Source: a virus
Taxonomy: Duplodnaviria; Caudoviricetes
Reading direction: 5' to 3' (one strand)
Virus record (IMG/VR): IMGVR_UViG_3300018050_000664
Span: 1 to 47,772 of that record
Length of the DNA stretch: 47,772 nucleotides
Part shown: positions 25,401-32,434 of the stretch, piece after piece
Numbering within the stretch: the first letter of the stretch is position 1
Layout: each line of letters begins with the position of its first letter
Notes under the pieces: model-generated
Told to the model about the DNA's origin: nothing
Databases searched by the model: none
The model's input: only the letters and a program-made list of their open reading frames with translations
Made by a program: the position numbers and the translations under genes

Positions 25401-27983
25401 TGCGTTGGCAAACCTCTCCTTGCCAGTCTGCTTGAAGTAGGCGTCAGCCCTTTCTGGGCTCATCAGCGATACGTTTACGTCGCCATGACGCATGGCCTGA
25501 GCCATGATACGCTGAGTCCAAGCATCGAGCATTGGGATGTGAAGATACCTTCCATCCTCCCACATGAACGCTTGGAAGTTCGGGTTTGGGCTATTTGGAT
25601 TAGATGGCCTGATTAGAACTCCAGCCTCTTCAATCTTTGTGACAAGACGCTGAGTGTGGAGCATGTAAAGGTTTTCAAGTCCAGCACGCAGGCTCCTGCT
25701 TTCTGGGTTCCTAAGGAAGAAGTCTGGGCTCTTATTCAGTATGCTGTTCGAAAAGGAGTATGCAAAAGTCTCCTGAACTAGGCTTTCTAGGTCTGGGTTA
25801 TTCTTGAGCACTTCTGGAATCATCCTTCCATCGTCCGTCCTAGATGGCCTGTCAAAAATTGCTGGCTCACCCGCCTGAGCAGTCCTCATGTCGTTCAGGA
25901 TGCTACGCATTCCCTTCAGGGCTCTTTCAAACTTAACAGCCCTCACCTGCTCTTCGCTCATTCCAGCAAAGTACTGTGAGTCGGTTTCCAACTTAAACTT
26001 GCTCCTGTAATCGGCGTAAAGATGGGCCATCGCCTCGTCGCTAATTACGCCCTTATCCTTACCTTCTCCGAAGAATTGCCTTACGATTTCTACGGAATCG
26101 GCATCATGCTTAAAGATGTTGTTGAGGTGTCCGTGGGCCAGTTCGTGTGCAATCGTTTCTGGCGTAGCAGATTTGGAGTTAATCCACTGGATACGCATCT
26201 TGGCACCATTCTTTTCGACCTCGAGTTCTGAGCCTAGGCCGTTTTCGGCCATCTTAGAAATCGCATCCTGTGGCCCGAACTCCTTGATGAGTTCTTCCCT
26301 AGTTCCGAACCTGTACTGGAACTCTGGGTCAGCAGTGAAAGACTGGGAGAAGACAGCCCTGACAGTAGCACTAATCCTATTGTCTCCCATGGCATCTACG
26401 GCCTTGAGAGTAGCCCTGATGTGGCGTGCGTTATCAGGGCTCTTGGAATCAATCATGTTAATCTGAGAACTGTCGAAGTTCTCAATCATGTAGAGATGTC
26501 CCTGATTCTGGCTGTAAACGTTATGGACGTGCCTGAGGCTTCCAGAAAGGCCACCCCAAGCGAAGCCGATGCCTACGCCACTGGCCGCACCAGCACCACG
26601 TGCCGACAGGTATCCAAGCGTGCCCATGTAGGCAGCGTCGCCGACAGCCCTTTTCAGGACTGGGACGGCCATGGATGCTGGCCAACCGACAACGACATTG
26701 GTGAACTTGGCTACGGCAAGTGCTTCAGCACTCATCGGAACCCTGCTACCATTCTTGGTGGCAAGCCGTTCAAGCATGCCCATGCCCATGTTCTGGGATT
26801 TAACCTGCACTACGCCGTTGGCGTAATCTACGATTTCATTTCCGAGCACGCTGGCGTACTCGGTGATTGGCTTTACACCAAGCGAGAAAATCGTTGAACG
26901 AATGGGCGAAAGGGTGAGCCCTTCGCCGACTGCCCTTTCGCCAGCGTCGGCAAGAGCAGTTTGGGCGGCGTTACGGAGGACAGTTGGGTTCGAGCCAGCG
27001 GTTTCAGCAACCGCAGTTGAACCTTGGGCAATCTTTTGTTGTACATACGAGAAAGGCTTTGCGACAACATCTGCGGTTCCAGCGATAGTGGAGCCAGTAA
27101 CACGCATGGAAAAGTCCTTCATGCGTTTTGCAACTGTGTCGAAATTATCTCTCCAAGCAGAGCCAAGTGAACCGAGAGCCTCGGAGGCGGCGGCGGTTGC
27201 TTCCTCCTGTGCAATCTGTGCCATCACGCCAGTCTTGTAGGACTTTACGGAGTCCCTGATTGCCCTTTTTCCAGTGTTCCTTAGTGGGCTAAGTAGCAGG
27301 TGCGGGGTTTCTAGTCCGATGTAGGAAAGTGCATTCGCAAGTTTAGGGTCAATGAGGTTCTTTACGAAGCCCTTATAGTCTTCTGGAACCCAGTCTTCTA
27401 GGACAGTTGTCTTCCCTTCCTCAAGTTCAGCGGAACGATTATTGAACCACCTAGCCTCATTGAACTGGTCAATTTGGTCTTCGATAGTTCCAGTTCCATT
27501 GATGTAGTCCTTGAACCTGAAAAGAAAAGAATCTGGGTCTTCGGACTGTGCTAGTATTCCATAAAGGTCACGCACATCCCTCGCCATGCCATCGACCATG
27601 GAGAGGGGGACCTTTGATGGATTCCTTGCAATACCGCTGGCGATGTCAAACGGGACCTTTGCTACGATGTTGGCCATCTGCTTGACGGCTTCCATCGTGA
27701 AATTGTTTCGGTCCTTATTGGCTATCCTGAACAGTTCGTAGAGCCTTCTGCCCTCTGGGGTCGTCTTATCAAAGGTCTTGGTCCTGTTGGCCGCAAAGTA
27801 CTCCCAGACTTCATCTGGAGTTGGCTCATTCCCGCCCTCGACGCCATCAGAAATCCCCTGCTCCTCTGGGGTGAGATTGTAGGAAAGCCTTAGGCCTTCG
27901 GTCCTAGCCTCATTAACCGCTTGGTCAATCAGTGCTGGGTCAATCTGCTCTGGTTCGTTAGGGCCATCCTGTTCGTTAATCAT
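10488..27983 (-). CDS. Giant (5831 aa) internal virion / large polyvalent protein with zincin metallopeptidase, LPD23-like and HTH modules
   Basis: Uninterrupted 17.5-kb ORF; HELAH (aa 613) and HEIQH (aa 2131) zincin motifs; LGDILKHDLLYKHYP.L LPD23-like motif; GHIR...IEEIQSD motif; C-terminal SQREIARAIGMSRSTVSYYL HTH; position after podovirus tail genes. Confidence 0.8.
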   Translation of the reverse strand: MINEQDGPNEPEQIDPALIDQAVNEARTEGLRLSYNLTPEEQGISDGVEGGNEPTPDEVWEYFAANRTKTFDKTTPEGRRLYELFRIANKDRNNFTMEAVKQMANIVAKVPFDIASGIARNPSKVPLSMVDGMARDVRDLYGILAQSEDPDSFLFRFKDYINGTGTIEDQIDQFNEARWFNNRSAELEEGKTTVLEDWVPEDYKGFVKNLIDPKLANALSYIGLETPHLLLSPLRNTGKRAIRDSVKSYKTGVMAQIAQEEATAAASEALGSLGSAWRDNFDTVAKRMKDFSMRVTGSTIAGTADVVAKPFSYVQQKIAQGSTAVAETAGSNPTVLRNAAQTALADAGERAVGEGLTLSPIRSTIFSLGVKPITEYASVLGNEIVDYANGVVQVKSQNMGMGMLERLATKNGSRVPMSAEALAVAKFTNVVVGWPASMAVPVLKRAVGDAAYMGTLGYLSARGAGAASGVGIGFAWGGLSGSLRHVHNVYSQNQGHLYMIENFDSSQINMIDSKSPDNARHIRATLKAVDAMGDNRISATVRAVFSQSFTADPEFQYRFGTREELIKEFGPQDAISKMAENGLGSELEVEKNGAKMRIQWINSKSATPETIAHELAHGHLNNIFKHDADSVEIVRQFFGEGKDKGVISDEAMAHLYADYRSKFKLETDSQYFAGMSEEQVRAVKFERALKGMRSILNDMRTAQAGEPAIFDRPSRTDDGRMIPEVLKNNPDLESLVQETFAYSFSNSILNKSPDFFLRNPESRSLRAGLENLYMLHTQRLVTKIEEAGVLIRPSNPNSPNPNFQAFMWEDGRYLHIPMLDAWTQRIMAQAMRHGDVNVSLMSPERADAYFKQTGKERFANAVKGGKVMKGKAEVDEIITRNTEKIADALDALPESERPRFNVDQNGNRTLDLTTLNKKQWDSVINSGAYSRSEVDELRGLTEVVRNTRAGKPVFNTFISQYLGRTHQVVIDGQVRRLTGSDVPVTNRHFSPYAIELRFDKYDEYGNPLKKPKGHVTVHAVDVRVLNRRRMKLWQRADVRSLFTDFGHYTRTFTDYMHNLSQDSSSRKTSVERFKPEFGDNAEAVRDVMYETFGGRKRMDESFINAPKSGYAGNADGPNYPFHSLRFELLANMQKQTSVFQETFGTDLGNLPYNHVNAYEGVRRNMMVGGFVEYPVGQDGSYWSNHIGYEIRKNGGKLSLFSPFGALVGSFKTLAKAQSYAERHMKSIPQEEGRGFVGTEQGPAPEGDLEIKTSLADVTSLSANMMVGKGGYYEADVRLDGNDAWDNFVADAKNFKFNSNTQARNENWFYQQASITLKDIFKKDSRLIADYPFIGDFEIVASPMAVLHGGYSEGVTSSRNSRTILTLPVSMIEGGMAKNVEKSLKAMLQVKLQELISFSDGAVDSNRLAYVDGDLRYYGNTNVMASLRRFTGELEELKKTNPDATLRDVLENEASSNIEDVLTDYWKYDATTKRIGLVEMMFGVSGRRTNPHGFTKQEHALITNHFSGIINSFSGKNKSSYVIQAMGSTFLYVNPSVLKVSSALEQVLSRNVPSNINLGKGITTYRKAYDKVMMNGFSGFHHVTKMGNRTRKDGGRLSGMEERSNLDAIEYGMVENVSPRSAGEVVFIGEPNASAQTAWALMGVEDFAIFSIGGNMDPTKGEQKNIQPTVTYVTAAGGYSSLAGAKATTDTLASRSNTPYSGMKASRRGIQVSINAIMAANGLSPYLHGEGNGQISNGSLYKHVKNGEFSKLLAYMYGKEYPQKFAALMQKAGDGTNPFEDYRAVRRIATSIFTDGITTPRDYAIFQYATALSQILVGEEMIMGTEFGKNAVRLMEDDILRVMGDADRQESASLMISNGFYDAKYLGAGSVNEGVARILLLSERMGVPTIVDAGYSSFSKAYMDADGTAAGKADAFRKSMADVSSKINEMLVESGFDKSKPASPVIEIGSTNMMVGGFRASLDANERMMESAGMLRMVFAENGKMYKAFEFSDKGASLLLGAVDEKIHLLPFINDLDSPSSGFENFIKEYQQASLNKDEVAIGNAIRKIPSVELGDILKHDLLYKHYPRLRNVRVSFVEGFGAGYFPNRDHIVLGIDRLISGAVREANGLDADSVIIPDNVRSESVLSSLIHEIQHAIQRAEAWTQTADISESAQYKRGLYKYLIRNMMGLGGPFYGPLIEAKGKGGEAINLEVAKAMEAGVADAEIAKALELSEQEIEKHLVELLDSPLAQRVGELALPNAIRLFEADAMSFERLAFEFGAGTKEYGKIADMSRGLLELSKQAQVLSDSVKSGLMHPDTARTLLVGPSESLLTKRNGIIASLHSTMGRDVSSLAFEYLSHHARYLDLMLDVVRVTDSFKYRNTNGPAFNANKIRDLAESLGLMQYYGQTNEKQAYETAERRKMTQEQLNAERPADGYSGSIGTIGKANSLTDLGLMFKRGQVPRVSNMMIGGLGMGKEVTTTAGDGRLEALRRIARLSTISYYLEGTQAELRRLGRYVFSARGWEVIDGKARLVYKTGIIENKKMSEGRNEGVVETRYGNRGLFSPINTNFGDGSDTRLAIANGLSENMQNSISLEELARLVDGTVVLENELRTPSEAVDAVYREDFPEHINAEEIGTVLAKFGVSNDGIRMANIGIIQSNFAGVTFTREELANVLAINHQFVATEFSYGSGFGRERLSKAVQDSNPTPEMLTQALKRKWGDNYDKQLPRTLQAIGINPDAFAKYDDDGFQKFGMFKAVRGKITFEPVRPDFIPIELWDAWVAKKKADGTWPKDKKYIEIPVTELHAVFDQYPDRSTNERRIDRLNELYAQRCLRIKPFFQHFMSKIDEIDDQLKFSLIDEALLVGTRYEPESIRTVKLDPFGLRAIKNEELGSQPQMEAFRDLLGEGDVTDQNKGRIGPFGPSILLGDAFRTSGSLADSAMFGTNLLVVPTIGLTANKVFNYSGGPASDFERGIPLNWYKPQYDENGQLSSGMGIEIDGARLGNPYYAIYHNEAFTGTNMLGHGVGALKSLDTAHEGLMMLIKQLNNTADEAFERSKNIVGRIPEGTEGKLEMFEMVEKERERTIGILKGLHGTLTEITEAWQRRNTLLVPYNASQSAYTDVQGSSAKAYSAKGYLDKNGALVIESVNENVLDASTAHTDVVTVPYIADPQGPHSSKFNVDKSLKALKDVVMTSVTADLERAFIFNGEITTESGPNMRTVMRAGDIHIALNSLIGNGIATPTDPVEVTITLRQDNMYAYTGVHAMHSALYQLAGRRGITPQTLALAIQSSPELIELLQQTHYNGSNVYPVEIGGGQVRVSMSTYALGMVPILSKAFAKSSVFYKDGKLQKSDILSVTQRAEFESLLADANKEVNIPESGTLDPEYENRIVSFLTSLEPSQRVIISEMCSDVNSNMLLDSNIAGMQGMAAIETLGTYPAMEAILPNFKEQMREQMREYIKRGAIQWEQGVSEKIADPIQRKSPEAERPYVNAVSMLLREDNALGFARFLLGLREMDKFPAYEVTRGEKRYDLTEPTRNGMDSGPSVQALFRMSVRTAQEGWASVDNGALGAARKMVLDGNSEPLKRQHSLNATGHYANNSPVYLGVREVAGMTFGQMLLSDVNLGDIQLLQSNANADVAMKNGSIFLPKKAVSVSRAFARKHLVDMVIREARKANSGKIGLQPARTATYGRRLLGKGQIISAGETGLEGQKGYFMDYGIRSIGLGGFMSPISRDFSGALPYSDATFKHGEISPYGEKASMGFAFKRLEDGRIVINISGDVLGYKNFSSLSTRSGWGTHAIGVNLEEALGYSYSDGLISHTDPKLFGQNVKHLNSEAAAKIARLTDIYGGGWRIEALKKARKLMSGVHEIRDVNQKLMSVSGLYGQIYHDALERIASGTADHNNQIDVMTAMALVRDSSTDNYITLTIPANATAEDIKAHIYTFLLEKQGVLRFYKDMYTGGHFDYNRFSSTLSYSIYDGDTEFARHLMGEKAREAGGSGSAISTRGIFGSVHQALERHVKDASNQSSSTGTLGRGKNQAELREANDFLFENLPHLAGDIEKLAQMAVTKDHGYLMPDLERQLAMNGDKRAVIEALFPNRPELAEFAWDNAETSNVSIVPKREGKKIVSYLVGYDIPSGIDQSTGRVITARKVTSVRTLSEAEALKAKYTISTSKAEMARAIETLTNETGRFSVNTDAGTKDHHAPVRRRQIIRSVREDHRGYELSYSNSKEYTVGDLDLSLTKEQAEALSAQLSVRDSLQADVINVSRPNMMIGDPHTPKEIEGMLRRKINFGVGQGRVEFSSKLMSVIAYGKMRTGKNLYPDTLTGTEWAKFIKENGVSKDEVRMTGLMFLLADNASRQISRLELAEFLYTVYPRNFRQDKGGPITDSSYLLGITGKDGAKRGNNGEFLYPFIFNAEGKEKQAVEIHTENIRLILTHIDTLRNSGEEGVARANAVESAIGKTLDELVDVFGMPNMFSKEDSLQSKLDAVMNRAQKGFTQDSPAEYVGGTSRLIRPAQLELIVRAAIDAKLAEASGITKSALGDIGVKDPWNWGYSDVSNGYMDFPHNNEFGVLEGNYTNNTQGVQSIAEITPSQRNLWQQGVITANGSAHEGYATYRGAYTSSIWLTELWSDRMEKEFDRFTQILKKRSLEATNAQDAERINSIILATERVRVVRSGWNKHHGGRMGNAGHYGTNMQGTFQLGHIRATAGVMLASHGPQVLGEGTQLFDDTDAVTGIKKEIEPTYLIEEIQSDTFQYKSFGDPVSPAYALPDTIEQAEALRGVSDLTAAEAEIKSLEQSMQDTLTSVQEAINVIKGRGNPINRQLQYLMSREIFDATSQFERHLIYRDFIKMNDNVENLPLAPTSGTVKLSPEQAEQLGVTEIPYYEWKKGIHVDENNGVLVRGLTFAAFKSIRNALYEINSGQFGILDMRKFDDSLVDLTHAGQNSGLTPSVLMLQFAQMDEQAHMSASEMNDAFASTRPPNFDFDAMAERLIERVDKAIAAWMRNDPAFNYNNEGTRLSKLKALKSFSNMLKRLQSENPNFIVNSTLDRTEGFWQSPGQIDQIAKSSITGISPYAFDFFDADAMSDAYHFRYELDGDTRGRQTRVNLRDLNKEISSGRTIRYRMRSPTANNGLSQLLMDFHALFAVQHKVGDTPKRIGQLKDRVAELRSKLPVASNPEGKNDPNIITTQPFGIEDIYRPISLQGTVLRAANSGYRQIAMTDARHHFVRGWDSAPRLSFVLGNRKRAITQVGIENGKFTQTLKALRLLPEQRFKQLHGGLFERLSLVGDLELEPMMNGSRFEHNGINANLAQHMVHAMAEAEEVHSLGDSSMISTASLQRAVAGDEPTMSAIVAGDGTRLFRWNHQLSEYFRPDGGNALVGLDGKPLAYRKGGTGFWQGNYGNVVSGDKTDYQRMIDGIAANPESVYMYVESQKASGYVGNYGLPLWYLKLNYTGQNIKSLQKLSTDSFERPVLEIAGDKFRIIDPKTSKLILETDNPAQAREAMLYHSKYLGSLPYISKFIAEWKPAGGYVFSGYGLGVRLEHHLMTTQDTRAEALLNSGAEPYKYATNISVDDSTTFNPADGEIGRGERSKVFRRLGDKVDVTSGFSHTISNGAAKSWKQIPEHMSSLPMKLITKLQFGLEPTSENMAKVMKLMNSNGTTVMRFAPEFQTDAQRNEFRRKVIAGIPNMMVGGVDEGGRPQANPELLRWLDNVGKNYDKVGKMRRALYDIHQNQMPIEEASQKHELPVPHIRRSESRLRNQGVDFPRRVPEHYSDVERVVNPETSRPRIPQETVQLIIQMANSGHSQREIARAIGMSRSTVSYYLNQNRPDYRPDRADPTEPYGGPHA

Positions 27984-28933
27984 TGGGGCTGGGTGTCGAT
28001 TACGCCTTTTTGGAAGTATGAGTTGGCTTTGGCCTTCGGCGTGGAGTCAATGAGCATCAGTCCATTGGCTTCGCCTACCTCCATCGCCTTACGCATCGCA
28101 CTTTCCCTTACGTTTCTGAGGATAGCAAGTTCGTTTCCACCAAGCCTAGTAATCGCAGACGACGCCCTCTGGGGCACCATGTGGGAAGCGATAGCCATGT
28201 CATTGTCGGACACGGAGCCCCCCATGCCCTTCATGTCTTTCATGAGGGCTAGGTAGTCTGTCTTGATGCTGGATTCCAGCATCCTAGCCATGGCGGCGTC
28301 TTCGGATGGGTCTAGGCTGCTTAGGTATGTATTCTTTCGATACAGGGACTCCAATTGGGCTAGTTCCCTGTTCATCTTGGACAACTTGGACAGGGTTCCC
28401 CTGTAGTTCCTAGCCGCCTCGTCGCCACCCTTGAACGGGATGGAACCGACTCCAGCCTTCCTAGCCATCATGTGGGCTGGGACGGACATTCCTTTGTAGT
28501 TGTAAATACCCTTTGGGCCAAAAGTAAATTTCCTTTTGATGACTTTGCCCTGCTCATCGACGTCATCCAACTCTAGGGCCTCGTCCATCTGGAAGATGGC
28601 ACCGCCCTTGCTCTTCATAAGGGCTTCGGCGGCTCCGTAGTCTCCAAGGCCAGCGTAGAACTGTGCGTCCTTCATCCTAGGGTCTGGAGCCTTTTGCTCC
28701 TGCTGTGGCATCATAGAAACCCTAGACCTAGCCTGTTGGAGTTGCTTGGTCTGCGAGTTCTTGCCCACGTGTGCCCAAGGGCTGAATCCCATGGATACGT
28801 TTTGCTGTGCCTCGGTCATTTGGTCGAAGCCAGTCGGTGCCATAGACTGCTGTCTTACCATGCTGGCCATGTCGGAGCCATAATCTGGCTCCTGTTGCTC
28901 TGCTGGCTCCTGCTGGTATTCTTCGTCAATCAT
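27980..28933 (-). CDS. Putative internal virion/ejection protein
   Basis: Helical, Gln/Met-rich, GGSVSDND..IA motif; ATGA-coupled to the giant gene. Confidence 0.55.
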   Translation of the reverse strand: MIDEEYQQEPAEQQEPDYGSDMASMVRQQSMAPTGFDQMTEAQQNVSMGFSPWAHVGKNSQTKQLQQARSRVSMMPQQEQKAPDPRMKDAQFYAGLGDYGAAEALMKSKGGAIFQMDEALELDDVDEQGKVIKRKFTFGPKGIYNYKGMSVPAHMMARKAGVGSIPFKGGDEAARNYRGTLSKLSKMNRELAQLESLYRKNTYLSSLDPSEDAAMARMLESSIKTDYLALMKDMKGMGGSVSDNDMAIASHMVPQRASSAITRLGGNELAILRNVRESAMRKAMEVGEANGLMLIDSTPKAKANSYFQKGVIDTQPQ

Positions 28934-29775
28934 TTGGATTCTGGCTCAAACGGCCTCTTTCCGATTTCAATTGGAACAAACCTTACCTTAGGCCTGTTGT
29001 TGTCGTCACGCTCGCTGGCGTCTAGGGCATAGGCGTAGGTCTTACCGCCCTTGGTGAAGGTGTTGGGCAGGTAGAGTGGCTTGGATGCATTGACCTTCTT
29101 GCCAGCGGCCTGAGCCTTCCTGACGACTGCGTTCCAAATCATGTTTGGGTCGTTCGCCTTGATGGAATCAGAGGCGAGTTTTTCATACTCGTCGTCTTTC
29201 ATCCCGTCAATTGCTTCACGCCAGCCTGCGTCCTGAGACTTGTCGGCGGTATCAAGGTCATCAATCGTAAATCCGTCAGTTCGGCTCCCCATGATTGCGT
29301 CAGAAACCTTTTTCTCGTACTTCTTCTGCTGTTCTGTCTTGATACGAACTTCTTTATTTTCGGCAGATTCCGTCATCCTATTCCATCCAGACTCGGCGAG
29401 TGGGTAGAGTTTGTTCAAGGCGTAGTAAAGCGTTCCGTATTTGGCGGCGGCACCGCCGAGCATAGAGCCAAGGTTTCCAGCAACTGCTCCGCCAACCGAC
29501 TGGCCAACTCCCTCTGCAAATCCGAGAGGTGCTGAGACGCCTGCGGAACCAGCCATTCTTCCGTACTCTCCGCCCTTCTGGCCGAGTTCTCGCCCGAGAA
29601 GTCTTCCTCTTTCCCCCATGGAAAGCGGATTGGGTGCTGGAATGGTCTGGGCTGGGGCAGTCTGGGCGGGGCCACCCGCAGATTGGTTAGAACTACTAGT
29701 TTGCCTTGGCCTTGGCCTTAGGTTCTTTTTAGGTTTCTTTGAGGGCTTTCCGCCCCTTCTTGGGTTTTTAGCCAT
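28930..29775 (-). CDS. Putative internal virion protein with basic N-terminal leader
   Basis: MAKNPRRGGKPSKKPKK leader, Gly/Ala-rich hydrophobic segment. Confidence 0.6.
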   Translation of the reverse strand: MAKNPRRGGKPSKKPKKNLRPRPRQTSSSNQSAGGPAQTAPAQTIPAPNPLSMGERGRLLGRELGQKGGEYGRMAGSAGVSAPLGFAEGVGQSVGGAVAGNLGSMLGGAAAKYGTLYYALNKLYPLAESGWNRMTESAENKEVRIKTEQQKKYEKKVSDAIMGSRTDGFTIDDLDTADKSQDAGWREAIDGMKDDEYEKLASDSIKANDPNMIWNAVVRKAQAAGKKVNASKPLYLPNTFTKGGKTYAYALDASERDDNNRPKVRFVPIEIGKRPFEPESK

Positions 29776-29779
29776 AAAT

Positions 29780-31819
29780 TTACGTGTTTGGTTGGCCAGC
29801 GTTGGCCTTAACCTGTCGGGCTAGGAACTCTCTCCTCCTTTGTGCTTCATGTGCCTTTACTGCATTGCTCTTTGGATTCCGAACCTCGTCAAGCCATCCC
29901 CAGAACCTATCACCTAGGCTTTCTGCGGCGGAGCCAGCACCGAGAGGGTCAGCATCAACGACGCCACCACGCTGTGCGATGTAGTCATCACCGCCCCACA
30001 TGTTGGCCCTCATGGCGTCGTAACCGCCTACTGTAAGGTTGTTGAGCATCGCTTCGGCGGCTCCGACGTAGCGTGAGCCTTCTTTGCCAGCCCACTGTTG
30101 GGCATTGGCACGCTTGCCTTTTTGTCCAGAGTTTTCTCCGAACTTGGTTTCCCCAAGTCCGACAAGTGCGTAAGGGTCGTAATTGTCTCCAGTGAATTCA
30201 TTGTAAGCGGCGGCAAGGCCACCAGCAGCATTGAGTCCAGCAAAGAACGTGTTCGCTTTGTTTGCTTTTGCGATTTGTCCGACACTCGGATTCTTTAAGG
30301 CTTTTGCTCCAGCGGCGGTGGCATCTTTCGTGATGTTCCTGCCTAGTGCACTGTTTACTGCATTTGCAACTGGCTGTGGCGTTGCGTTTGCGACAAACTG
30401 AGGAACGTACGAAGCCCTTGTTGGATTAATAGCGTAAAGCGTATCCCTGAAGCCAGATAGATTGCCCTTACCTAGCAAAGTTTTCCCAAGGCCATAAGCA
30501 CCTGCGGACGACTTAATCCTCCATGCTTCGTCGGCAAACTGACCCAGCGAAGAAAGGTTATCAAAAGATGCCTGAGTAAATGTCCTGTCCCTCAGGTCCT
30601 GCCTCTGGGCCGCCCTATCTTCTTGGGGATTCACGTTCATGGAATCTAGACGCTCTTGCTCCGCTTCTGCGGCGGCAATCTGGGCCTGAACCCAAGGGTC
30701 ATTTTCATCCATAACGGCAATCGGATTCCCTTCCGAGTCCGTCAGCGTTTCGCTGGAGGTTGCCACTGGGGATTCCGTTGACGCCTGATTCTGAACCTGC
30801 GTTGCGATGGTTCCGCCTTGCGGGGCAAGGTTAGCACCACCACCTCCACCAAGCGTAAACTGAGAAGGGTCAACGCCATTAAGAGCAACTACTCCGCTTG
30901 GGTTGGTTGTTGCTGGCTGGGCTGGCTGGGCGACCTGCGTTGGCGTGGTCCTGTAGTCAGCCTCTGGCATCTTGTACTTAGGTTCTGGACCTTCTCCAGT
31001 TGCCTGAAACTTAGCCAAAATCTTTTGCTGTTCTGGGGTGATTCCTTCCAGAAGTTTTTGCGGGGCGGCTCGCCTTTCCTTGTCCGCTTCCCACTCCCTC
31101 TGCTTGGTCAACGAACCGCCAGTCATCCTGTCGTAAGCCTGATAAAGGGGGCTATTCCTGTCGGACAACTGAGCATTAAGGTCCATGTCACGCTGTCGTG
31201 CGGTAGGCATTCCATACTGATTCAGGTAGGCCTGTTGTGCCCTAGCGACTGGATTATCCGTGACCATCCTTCCAGTGGCGTCCTTGTATGCATTTCCAGA
31301 CCTTTCACCCCAAGGCTTTCCAGAGGAGTTTGGGTCCATCTCAAGGTTTTGCTTAACCTCTTCTGGAGTGATTGCGTTGGCACCGACGCTGTTAGTTTCG
31401 GCTACGGGGGTTTTGGTGCTAGAGCCAGTGTTAGGACTTCCAGCGGGTGTAGCGGAATTTGGCTTATCTTCAGGCTTCTTGTCTTCTTGTTTGGCGTTTG
31501 CCTTTACGTCATCTGGGCTGATTGCCGTGTTTGCTGGAGTGGCGGCAGGTGCGGACCACCCGCCTCCAGCGGCTTCGGTTCCCTCTGCTACGCCCTTGTT
31601 GTATGCAACACCTCCGACAGTTCCCAGAAGAAGAGTCTTTTGTAACCAGTTTGGCATTTCACCACTCGCAACTGGTGCGACTGGGGCTGGTGCTGGATTC
31701 GGTGCGGGAGTTCCACTTCCGCCACCGCCATTAGGCGGTTTTCCTCCGCCAGCCGTTTTCGGCTTCCTTGAGCGAGAAGATGTCCTACTCCTAGATGATA
31801 CACGTGGTGTTTTTGCCAT
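29780..31819 (-). CDS. Putative internal virion/ejection protein (679 aa, low complexity)
   Basis: Basic leader, Pro/Ala-rich linkers, Gly/Ala-rich helices typical of ejection proteins. Confidence 0.6.
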   Translation of the reverse strand: MAKTPRVSSRSRTSSRSRKPKTAGGGKPPNGGGGSGTPAPNPAPAPVAPVASGEMPNWLQKTLLLGTVGGVAYNKGVAEGTEAAGGGWSAPAATPANTAISPDDVKANAKQEDKKPEDKPNSATPAGSPNTGSSTKTPVAETNSVGANAITPEEVKQNLEMDPNSSGKPWGERSGNAYKDATGRMVTDNPVARAQQAYLNQYGMPTARQRDMDLNAQLSDRNSPLYQAYDRMTGGSLTKQREWEADKERRAAPQKLLEGITPEQQKILAKFQATGEGPEPKYKMPEADYRTTPTQVAQPAQPATTNPSGVVALNGVDPSQFTLGGGGGANLAPQGGTIATQVQNQASTESPVATSSETLTDSEGNPIAVMDENDPWVQAQIAAAEAEQERLDSMNVNPQEDRAAQRQDLRDRTFTQASFDNLSSLGQFADEAWRIKSSAGAYGLGKTLLGKGNLSGFRDTLYAINPTRASYVPQFVANATPQPVANAVNSALGRNITKDATAAGAKALKNPSVGQIAKANKANTFFAGLNAAGGLAAAYNEFTGDNYDPYALVGLGETKFGENSGQKGKRANAQQWAGKEGSRYVGAAEAMLNNLTVGGYDAMRANMWGGDDYIAQRGGVVDADPLGAGSAAESLGDRFWGWLDEVRNPKSNAVKAHEAQRRREFLARQVKANAGQPNT

Positions 31820-31820
31820 T

Positions 31821-32432
31821 TTAGTCTATTGAAATTTGTTTTCTGGCAGAGGCGACCTTTCTGGTTCCCTCTTCCTTTTTCTGTTCAGGCTTTGCCTGAG
31901 TTCCAGAAGGCTTTTGCTGTGGCTTTTCCTTCTGCTCTGGGGCCCTAAGTGCACCACGATTGCCAGCAGTATTTGCCTCAAGGGATTCGGTTTCCGTGTT
32001 CCTCTTCAGGATTCCCTCAAGCGTGTCATAATTGATTCCCTGCTGGAGCATGCCCTTCATCCTTGCGACGTTCCTAAGAACTTCTGGAACACGCCTAATC
32101 TGTTCTGGGTCGTTGCTGTCCATGGCGGCGTCAGCAAGCATTTCCTGCTCGTTGATGAGTTCGCCTAAGTAGGCAAGTTGTTGCCTTCGTTTCGCCCTCT
32201 GCTCCTCAGAGGCAACCCTGCGTTGCTCGCTCCGTGCCATCTGGCTTTCGGCGGCCTGTGCTCCAGACGACACTATCTGACGCCTCATTGCGGCAGAGTT
32301 GCTCAGGCCTTCTTCGGCAAACATCTGGCTCATCTTCTGCATGTTTTCAAGTGGTGAATAGGTTTGTCCGAGGGCCTGCCCGACGGAAGACCTTCCGCTT
32401 TCCTGACCGCCTCCTAGATATTGATAGTCCAT
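31821..32432 (-). CDS. Putative virion protein (helical, Gln/Glu-rich)
   Basis: Tightly packed ORF in the late operon. Confidence 0.6.
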   Translation of the reverse strand: MDYQYLGGGQESGRSSVGQALGQTYSPLENMQKMSQMFAEEGLSNSAAMRRQIVSSGAQAAESQMARSEQRRVASEEQRAKRRQQLAYLGELINEQEMLADAAMDSNDPEQIRRVPEVLRNVARMKGMLQQGINYDTLEGILKRNTETESLEANTAGNRGALRAPEQKEKPQQKPSGTQAKPEQKKEEGTRKVASARKQISID

Positions 32433-32434
32433 AA

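Noticed and set aside
10488-27983. Virion RNA polymerase (N4- or crAss-like) within the giant protein
   Set aside because: I found no DxDxD-type catalytic loop or T7-like motif set; the isolated DGD triplets lack context. A highly diverged enzyme cannot be excluded without structure prediction
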